Source: an uncultured Hyphomicrobiales bacterium (GTDB lineage: Bacteria > Pseudomonadota > Alphaproteobacteria > Rhizobiales > Beijerinckiaceae). Taken from it: 37,778 nt of DNA. The position numbers and the translations under genes were made by a program. Of the stretch, positions 32,132 to 37,778 are shown piece after piece (position 1 is the first letter of the stretch; every line of letters starts with the position of its first letter). The notes under the pieces are model-generated. The model was not told where the DNA came from. It made no database searches and was given only the letters and a program-made list of their open reading frames with translations. The DNA lies in the NCBI GenBank assembly GCA_903918155.1, contig CAIXDD010000103.1:1-37778 (forward strand). The letters run 5' to 3'.

Positions 32132-33625
32132 ATGGCGACCGCCTCGCAGATTTTCACGATGCTGTTCGCCACGCCCGTCATTCCCGCCGCGCTGGTGGGC
32201 CTCGTCTGGGGCGTGATCGGCGGCGCCTTGCCGGGCCTGTCGGCGTCGGTGACGATGGCGCTCATCCTGCCTTTCACCTATGCGCTGGATCCCGTCTCGG
32301 CGATCGTCCTGCTCGCCTCCGTCTATATCGGCGCGGAATATGGCGGCTCCATTCCCGCCATTCTCATTCGCACGCCCGGCACCAATTCCGCGGCCGCCAC
32401 CGTGATCGACGGCTATGAACTGAAGCGGCAGGGCCGCGCGGGCGAAGCGCTCGGCGTCTCGCTCTGGTCGGGCGTCGTCGGCTCGCTTTTCGGCCTGTTC
32501 ACGCTGATCGCCTTCACCGAGCCGTTCTCGCGTCTCGCGCTCGCCTTCACGCCCATGTCCTATTGCGCGCTGGGCGTGCTGGGCCTGTCGATCATCGCCT
32601 CGCTGTCGGGCGGCTCGCTGCTCAAGAGCCTGGCCGCCGGCCTCGTCGGCATGATGGTGGCGACCGTGGGCATCGACCCGCTGTCGGGCGTGAACCGTTT
32701 CACCTTCGACCTGCCCGATTTGCTGGGCGGCGTGAAGCCCATCATGGCGATGATCGGCCTGTTCGCGGTGAGCGAGCTGATGCGCCAATCGGGCGGGGTG
32801 GATCTGGGCGCGCAGGCGGCGGCGGGCGTGCGCATCGTCTTTCCGTCCTGGCCCATGATGAAGCGCCTGTTCAAGCCGCAAGGCATCGGCTGCGGCGTCG
32901 GCCTCATGGAGGGCCTGTTGCCGGGCGGGGGCGGTTCGGTCGCGGCCTTCTTCTCCTATAATGAGGCGAAGCGCTGGTCGAAACATCCCGAGGAATTCGG
33001 CAAGGGCTCGGTGGAAGGCGTCGCCGCGCCGGAAGCCGCCAACAATACGGTCGCCAGCTCCTCGCTCATTCCGCTTCTCAGCTTCGGCATTCCCGGCTCC
33101 AATTCCGCCGCGGTCCTGCTGGGCGGCCTGCTGATCCACGGGCTTATTCCCGGCCCGCGCCTGTTCGAACAGAACGCCGATGTGGTGATGGGGCTTTACG
33201 TCGGCTCCTTCATCGCCATCCTCGCGCAGATTCCCGTCGGGCTGATGATCCTGCCCGCCTGCATGTGGATGGTGAACCGCCCGCGCCCCGTGCTCGCCGC
33301 CTTCGTCTTCCTTCTGGTGATGAGCGGCGTCTATTCGCTCAACGGCGCGTTCTTCGACGTCGCGCTGGTGATGGGCATCGGCTTCCTTGGCTGGTTGATG
33401 GCGAAGGGCGGCTATCCCTTCCTGCCGGCGGTTCTGGGCGTGGTCCTGGGCCCGATGGTGGAATCCAATTATCGCCGCTCGCTTCTGCTCTCGGGCGGCG
33501 AACACGACATCTTCCTCGAAGACGCGATCGCCGTCGGCTTCTTCGTCGCGGCCTTCTTCTTCCTCGCCTATTCCCTCTGGCGCGAGCGCATGGATGCGCG
33601 CGCCGCAAATCTGAAAGAAGCGTGA
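32132..33625 (+). CDS. tctA: Tripartite tricarboxylate transporter large membrane subunit TctA
   Basis: 'GALPGL', 'YGGSIPAILIRTPGT', 'DGY', 'EGVAAPEAANN', 'GIPGS', 'G..PGP.LF'. Confidence 0.94.
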   Translation: MATASQIFTMLFATPVIPAALVGLVWGVIGGALPGLSASVTMALILPFTYALDPVSAIVLLASVYIGAEYGGSIPAILIRTPGTNSAAATVIDGYELKRQGRAGEALGVSLWSGVVGSLFGLFTLIAFTEPFSRLALAFTPMSYCALGVLGLSIIASLSGGSLLKSLAAGLVGMMVATVGIDPLSGVNRFTFDLPDLLGGVKPIMAMIGLFAVSELMRQSGGVDLGAQAAAGVRIVFPSWPMMKRLFKPQGIGCGVGLMEGLLPGGGGSVAAFFSYNEAKRWSKHPEEFGKGSVEGVAAPEAANNTVASSSLIPLLSFGIPGSNSAAVLLGGLLIHGLIPGPRLFEQNADVVMGLYVGSFIAILAQIPVGLMILPACMWMVNRPRPVLAAFVFLLVMSGVYSLNGAFFDVALVMGIGFLGWLMAKGGYPFLPAVLGVVLGPMVESNYRRSLLLSGGEHDIFLEDAIAVGFFVAAFFFLAYSLWRERMDARAANLKEA

Positions 33626-33630
33626 TCCGC

Positions 33631-35010
33631 ATGCACGACGCACCTGCTTTCTCCACGCCCGTGGCGCTCCAGATCGGCGCCTTCGCCGCCGCCGTGGACG
33701 GCGCGCGCTTGCCCGCCAAGACGAGCGACATCTGCCGGCAGCTGATGATCGACGTCGCGGGCCTGTGCGTGGCCGCGCGCGAAACCGATTACGTGCGCGC
33801 CTGCCTCGCCGCCGTCCTGTCGGACGGCCCGGCGACGGCCATCGGCCATGCGCGGGGCATGAACGCTTATGACGCGGCGTTCGTGAACGGCACGGCGGCC
33901 CATGGCGAGGATTTCGACGACACGTTCGAAGGCGGGCCGATCCATGCCGGCGCCGTCATCGTGCCGGCGGTGCTCGCCGCCGCCCAACAGCGCGGGCTCG
34001 ACGGCGCGGCGGTGATGAAGGGAATAGCCGTCGGCGTCGAGATCATGTGCCGCATGTCGCTCGTCACGCCGCAGGCCATGCACAAGGCCTGTTTCCATCC
34101 CACCGCCGTTTGCGGCGGGCCGGCGGCCGCCGTGGCCGTGGGCGCGGCCATCGGGCTGGACGGCGAGGCCATCGCCCGCGCCATGGGCACGGCCGGCTCG
34201 CTCGCCTCCGGCATCATCGAATATCTGGCCGACGGCAGCTGGACCAAGCGCATGCATGCGGGCGCGGCCGCGCAGGCGGGCCTGCGCGCGGCCTTTCTCG
34301 CGGAGGCCGGCTTCAAGGGACCCCACACGGTTCTGGAAGGCGCGCATGGTTTCTACAAGGCCTTCGGCCCTTCGAAGACGCCTGAATTCGCGCATCTGCT
34401 CGACGGGCTCGGCGAACGCTGGGTGACCGACACGGTGGCTTTCAAGCCCTTCGCCTGCGGCACCATGACCCAGCCTTATGTGGATTGCGCGATCGAGCTT
34501 GCGCGCGAAGGCGTGAAGGCGGAGGAGATCGTCTCCATCCTGTGCGAAGTCGGCGAGGGCACCGTGCATCGCCTGTGGGAGCCGCTCGCGTTGAAACAGG
34601 CGCCGCCCAACGGCTATGCGGGCAAGTTCTCGACGCCCTATTGCATCGCGATGGGCTTCATCGACGGCGACGCGGGCCTTGGCCAGTTCACCGACGCCCG
34701 CACGCAGGACAAGGACGCCCGCGCGCTCGCCGCGAAAGTCTCTTTCGTGATCGATCCCGCCAATCCCTATCCCAACGAATTCACCGGCCATCTGCGCGCG
34801 ACGCTGAAGGACGGCCGCGTGATCGAAAAGCGTCGCGCGCATATGCGCGGCGGCGCCCATGAGCCGCTGTCCAACGAGGCGATCCTCGCGAAATTCCGCG
34901 CCAATGCGCGCTTCGGCGGCTGGGACGCGGCGCGGGCGAACGCGCTGGAGGCGGCGCTCGTCCAGATCGCCGCCGGCGGCAAGGTCGATCTCTCGAAGGC
35001 CGGAGTTTGA
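33631..35010 (+). CDS. MmgE/PrpD family protein (copy 2)
   Basis: ATG 33631; 'NGTAAHGEDFDDTFEG..IH', 'FHPTAV', 'WTKRMHAG', 'FKPFACG', 'KFSTPY'. Confidence 0.9.
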   Translation: MHDAPAFSTPVALQIGAFAAAVDGARLPAKTSDICRQLMIDVAGLCVAARETDYVRACLAAVLSDGPATAIGHARGMNAYDAAFVNGTAAHGEDFDDTFEGGPIHAGAVIVPAVLAAAQQRGLDGAAVMKGIAVGVEIMCRMSLVTPQAMHKACFHPTAVCGGPAAAVAVGAAIGLDGEAIARAMGTAGSLASGIIEYLADGSWTKRMHAGAAAQAGLRAAFLAEAGFKGPHTVLEGAHGFYKAFGPSKTPEFAHLLDGLGERWVTDTVAFKPFACGTMTQPYVDCAIELAREGVKAEEIVSILCEVGEGTVHRLWEPLALKQAPPNGYAGKFSTPYCIAMGFIDGDAGLGQFTDARTQDKDARALAAKVSFVIDPANPYPNEFTGHLRATLKDGRVIEKRRAHMRGGAHEPLSNEAILAKFRANARFGGWDAARANALEAALVQIAAGGKVDLSKAGV

Positions 35011-35012
35011 AC

Positions 35013-35765
35013 ATGCGCAAGCTTGAAGGATATGTCGCGCTCGTCACGGGCGGGCCGCGCAACATCGGCCGCGCGATCGCGCTGGCTTTCGCCGACGCGG
35101 GCGCCCATGTCGCGGTGACGGCGCTCTCGGACGCCGCCGGCGCCCGCGCGGTCGTGGAGGAGATCGAGCAGCGCGGCGTGAAGGGCCTCGCCGTGCCCTG
35201 CGACGTGACCAGGGAGGACGACGTGGCGCGCCTGCGCGATGCGGTGGGAACGGCCTTCGGTCGGCTCGACGCGCTTGTTAACAACGCCGCCGTGCGTCAC
35301 GAGACGCCCTTCGGCGACATGACCTATGCGCAATGGCGCCAGGTGATCGGCGTCACGCTCGACGGCGCTTTCCTCACGGCCTCCGCGATGCTGCCGCTGC
35401 TCAAGGCGAGCGGTCGCGGCGCCATCGTGAATCTCGGCGGCATGTCCGCCTATACCGGCGCGAAGAAGCGCGTGCATGTGCTGGCCGCCAAATCCGGCCT
35501 TGGCGGGCTCACCCGCGGGCTCGCCCATGATCTCGCCGAACATGCGATCACCGCGAATCTCGTCTCGCCCGGCCTCATCGACACGCAGCGCGGCGGGCAT
35601 TCGGCCAAGGAGCCGGACCATCACAAGCATCACGCGACCCTGTTCGGCCGCCGCGGCCGTCCGGAGGAAGTGGCTGCGATGGTGACGTTCCTGTGCGGGC
35701 CGGATGCGCGCTACGTCACGGGCCAGACCATCCATGTCAATGGCGGCGCATATCTGCCGACGTGA
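35013..35765 (+). CDS. Short-chain dehydrogenase/reductase (atypical active site)
   Basis: 'VTGGPRNIG', 'LVNNAA', 'ANLVSPGLIDT', 'YVTGQTIHVNGG'; the YxxxK position reads 'VLAAK'. Confidence 0.88.
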   Translation: MRKLEGYVALVTGGPRNIGRAIALAFADAGAHVAVTALSDAAGARAVVEEIEQRGVKGLAVPCDVTREDDVARLRDAVGTAFGRLDALVNNAAVRHETPFGDMTYAQWRQVIGVTLDGAFLTASAMLPLLKASGRGAIVNLGGMSAYTGAKKRVHVLAAKSGLGGLTRGLAHDLAEHAITANLVSPGLIDTQRGGHSAKEPDHHKHHATLFGRRGRPEEVAAMVTFLCGPDARYVTGQTIHVNGGAYLPT

Positions 35766-35791
35766 TCGGCCGCAGAAGGAGGGAAGACCAC

Positions 35792-36775
35792 ATGAGCGTT
35801 CGTTTGACGTCGCTGGCCTGCGCGGCCGCCATCCTCGCGTGCTGCGCGCAAGCGCAGGCGCAGACCTATCCCAATCAGGCGATCACCGTCATCGTGCCCT
35901 ATGCGCCGGGCGGCAACACCGACGTCGTCGGCCGCCTCGTGGCGGAGCCGATGTCGAACATTCTCGGCCAGAAGCTGGTGATCGAGAATGTGGCCGGCGC
36001 CGGCGGCACCACGGGCTCGCTGCGCGCCTCGCGCGCGACGCCCGACGGCTACACGCTTCTCGTGGGGCAGATGGGCACCCATGCCGCGAGCGTGGGCATC
36101 TACCAGAACCTCGGCTACGATCCGGTGAAGGATTTCGAACATATCGGCCAATTGTCCGACACGCCCATCGGCCTGCTCGTGCGCAAGAACTTTCCCGCGC
36201 AGGATCTGAAATCCTTCATCGAGATGATCAAGGCCGCGCCCGACAAATATAATAACGGCCATGGCGGCATCGGCGCGACCTCGCATGTCTCCTGCATCCT
36301 GTTCACCGCGCTGATCGGCGCCCGCCCGCCCATGGTCGCCTATCGCGGCTCCGGCCCGGCGTTCAACGATCTGCTGAGCGGGCAATATGATTTCCTGTGC
36401 GACCAGATTCCCCATACGGTCGCCCATGTGAAGGCGGGCGGCGTGCGCATGCTCGCCATCGCCACGCCGGAGCGATCCGACGCGCTGCCCGACGTGCCCA
36501 CCACGACGGAAGCGGGCCTGCCCGCCTTCCAGGCGTCGGGCTGGAACGCCTTGTTCGCCCCGCGGGGCACGCCGCAGCCGATCGTGCAGGTTCTCAATGC
36601 GGCGCTGCGCAAGGCGCTCGACGAGCCCGCCACGAAGAACAAGCTGGAATCCATCGGCGCCATTCCCCCGCGCGCGGAAAACCGCACGCCGGATGGGTTG
36701 CGCGCCTTCGTCGCGTCGGAAATCCAGAAATGGGCGCCGATCATGAAGGCGGCGAATGTCGATGCCCCGCGATAG
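35792..36775 (+). CDS. Bug/TctC family substrate-binding protein
   Basis: Signal peptide ending 'AQAQA'; 'YPNQAITVIVPYAPGGNTD', 'ENVAGAGG', 'PDGYTL', 'YRGSGPA..DL..G', 'LPDVPT'. Confidence 0.93.
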   Translation: MSVRLTSLACAAAILACCAQAQAQTYPNQAITVIVPYAPGGNTDVVGRLVAEPMSNILGQKLVIENVAGAGGTTGSLRASRATPDGYTLLVGQMGTHAASVGIYQNLGYDPVKDFEHIGQLSDTPIGLLVRKNFPAQDLKSFIEMIKAAPDKYNNGHGGIGATSHVSCILFTALIGARPPMVAYRGSGPAFNDLLSGQYDFLCDQIPHTVAHVKAGGVRMLAIATPERSDALPDVPTTTEAGLPAFQASGWNALFAPRGTPQPIVQVLNAALRKALDEPATKNKLESIGAIPPRAENRTPDGLRAFVASEIQKWAPIMKAANVDAPR

Positions 36776-36783
36776 GGCGACTT

Positions 36784-36813
36784 AAAAAAAGCCGACGCCC
36801 GAGGGCGCCGGCT
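36784..36813 (-). terminator. Intrinsic terminator for the minus-strand tctC-like gene
   Basis: A7 tract followed by imperfect hairpin AGCCGACGCCC-ga-GGGCGCCGGCT. Confidence 0.6.
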
Positions 36814-36819
36814 CATCTG

Positions 36820-36847
36820 AAGGCCCGCCGATCCGGCGGGCCTTTTT
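36820..36847 (+). terminator. Intrinsic terminator for the plus-strand operon
   Basis: AAGGCCCGCCG-atc-CGGCGGGCCTT-TTT. Confidence 0.85.
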
Positions 36848-36874
36848 CGTCAGGGCCGGTTCTGCGGCCTCCTT

Positions 36875-37777
36875 TTATTTCGACATGGAGCCCAGCGTCT
36901 CGCGCAGCGTGCCGAGCACGTTCGGCGACACGTTGGAAAGCGCCTTGAAGAGCCGCTGTCCGTCCTTCACGCTGACATATTCGAAGGGCAGGCCGTTGCG
37001 CTTCGTGGATTCCTCGACGAATTGCGGGTCAGCCATCGTCGCCTCGATGCCCTTGCGCAAGGCGGCCAGCGCGGGCTCCGGCGTCTTGGGCGGAGCGAGG
37101 CCCACATAGGCGATCTCGCCGAATTGCTGCACCATCCAGTTCAGCGCCTCCCAGCTCGGGCCCGAGGGGAGCTTGCCGTGCACGTCCTTGTAGAGATCCT
37201 GGAAGGCGGGCATGTCGGTGACGTCCGCGCGCCGGGTGAATTCGCCCTTCTCGTCGGACGGGGTGAGATAGGATAGGCCTATGCCTTCGCCCGACGTGAT
37301 GAAGGCCTTGCTGCGCGTGCGATAGGTCGGCAGGCTTGTGTTATGCACATGCACCTCGCCGCGTTGCAGCGCGAGAAACACATCCGCGCCGCCGCGATAG
37401 CCCGTGACGACCTTGTGCGGCACGCCCAGCGTCTTGAGCGACAGATGCGCGAGAATGCCGGCCACGTCCGTGGAGGCATAGGCGCCCACCGCAATGTCCT
37501 TCGCCTTCATCACGTCGGCGGGCGTCTTCATGCCGCCGGGCACGGCGTCGACGCGCATGTAATTCACGCGCAGGTCGCTGATGCCGCCCAGATATTCATA
37601 TTGATCGTAGCGGGCGCGCAGGCCCTGGCCGCCGAGCGCCTGCGCGAGGGGATCCCACAGGCTGAAAATGATCGTCGAGCCGTCGGGCGCAGCCTTTTCA
37701 TACACGTAATTGAAGGCGATCATGCCGCCGGCGCCGGGCATGTTTTGCACCACGATGTTCGGATCGCCCGGAATATG
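36875..37777 (-). CDS. Bug/TctC family substrate-binding protein (5'-truncated by window edge)
   Basis: Frame open from the window end (HIPGDPNIVVQNMPGAGG...); 'APDG', 'GYRGG....LALQRGEV'. Confidence 0.88.
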   Translation of the reverse strand, partial: HIPGDPNIVVQNMPGAGGMIAFNYVYEKAAPDGSTIIFSLWDPLAQALGGQGLRARYDQYEYLGGISDLRVNYMRVDAVPGGMKTPADVMKAKDIAVGAYASTDVAGILAHLSLKTLGVPHKVVTGYRGGADVFLALQRGEVHVHNTSLPTYRTRSKAFITSGEGIGLSYLTPSDEKGEFTRRADVTDMPAFQDLYKDVHGKLPSGPSWEALNWMVQQFGEIAYVGLAPPKTPEPALAALRKGIEATMADPQFVEESTKRNGLPFEYVSVKDGQRLFKALSNVSPNVLGTLRETLGSMSK

Positions 37778-37778
37778 A

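Noticed and set aside
29178-35010. Methylcitrate cycle (prpD)
   Set aside because: No prpB, prpC, prpE, acnD or prpF nearby; only family-level similarity, so no gene symbol was assigned.
1-37778. tRNA, rRNA, riboswitch, IS/integrase or prophage elements
   Set aside because: None recognisable by eye; intergenic gaps are short and explained by promoters, terminators and micro-repeats. A covariance-model scan would be needed to exclude small RNAs.

Overview
GC-rich bacterial DNA, most likely from an alphaproteobacterium (inferred from gene content). It is dense with metabolic and transport genes, and I found no rRNA, tRNA, CRISPR array or mobile element. Left to right: (1) the 3' part of a very large exoprotein with an internally duplicated module of Calx-beta-like repeats, a metzincin protease and a PPC-like domain; (2) a Bug/TctC binding protein, an omega-amino acid:pyruvate aminotransferase, a secreted alpha/beta hydrolase, a 3-His cupin and a BciA-type divinyl-(proto)chlorophyllide 8-vinyl reductase, which hints at an anoxygenic phototroph; (3) the most unusual locus, two diverging paralogous IorA/IorB-type molybdenum hydroxylases enclosing a triheme cytochrome c and a Tat-exported SoxY-SoxZ fusion, with no other sox genes in the window; (4) a CAP lipoprotein and a probable aromatic/heteroaromatic catabolic block (FAD monooxygenase, VOC protein, DHPON-hydrolase-like enzyme, TctC, M24-fold protein with altered metal ligands, MFS transporter); (5) a small SH3-like protein and a stand-alone EAL protein; (6) a probable GntR-controlled operon region with aspartate dehydrogenase, two MmgE/PrpD proteins, TctCBA, an SDR lacking the catalytic Tyr and further TctC proteins. 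Many gene boundaries carry unrelated short (11-20 bp) tandem duplications. All calls come from motif recognition by eye; no searches were run.
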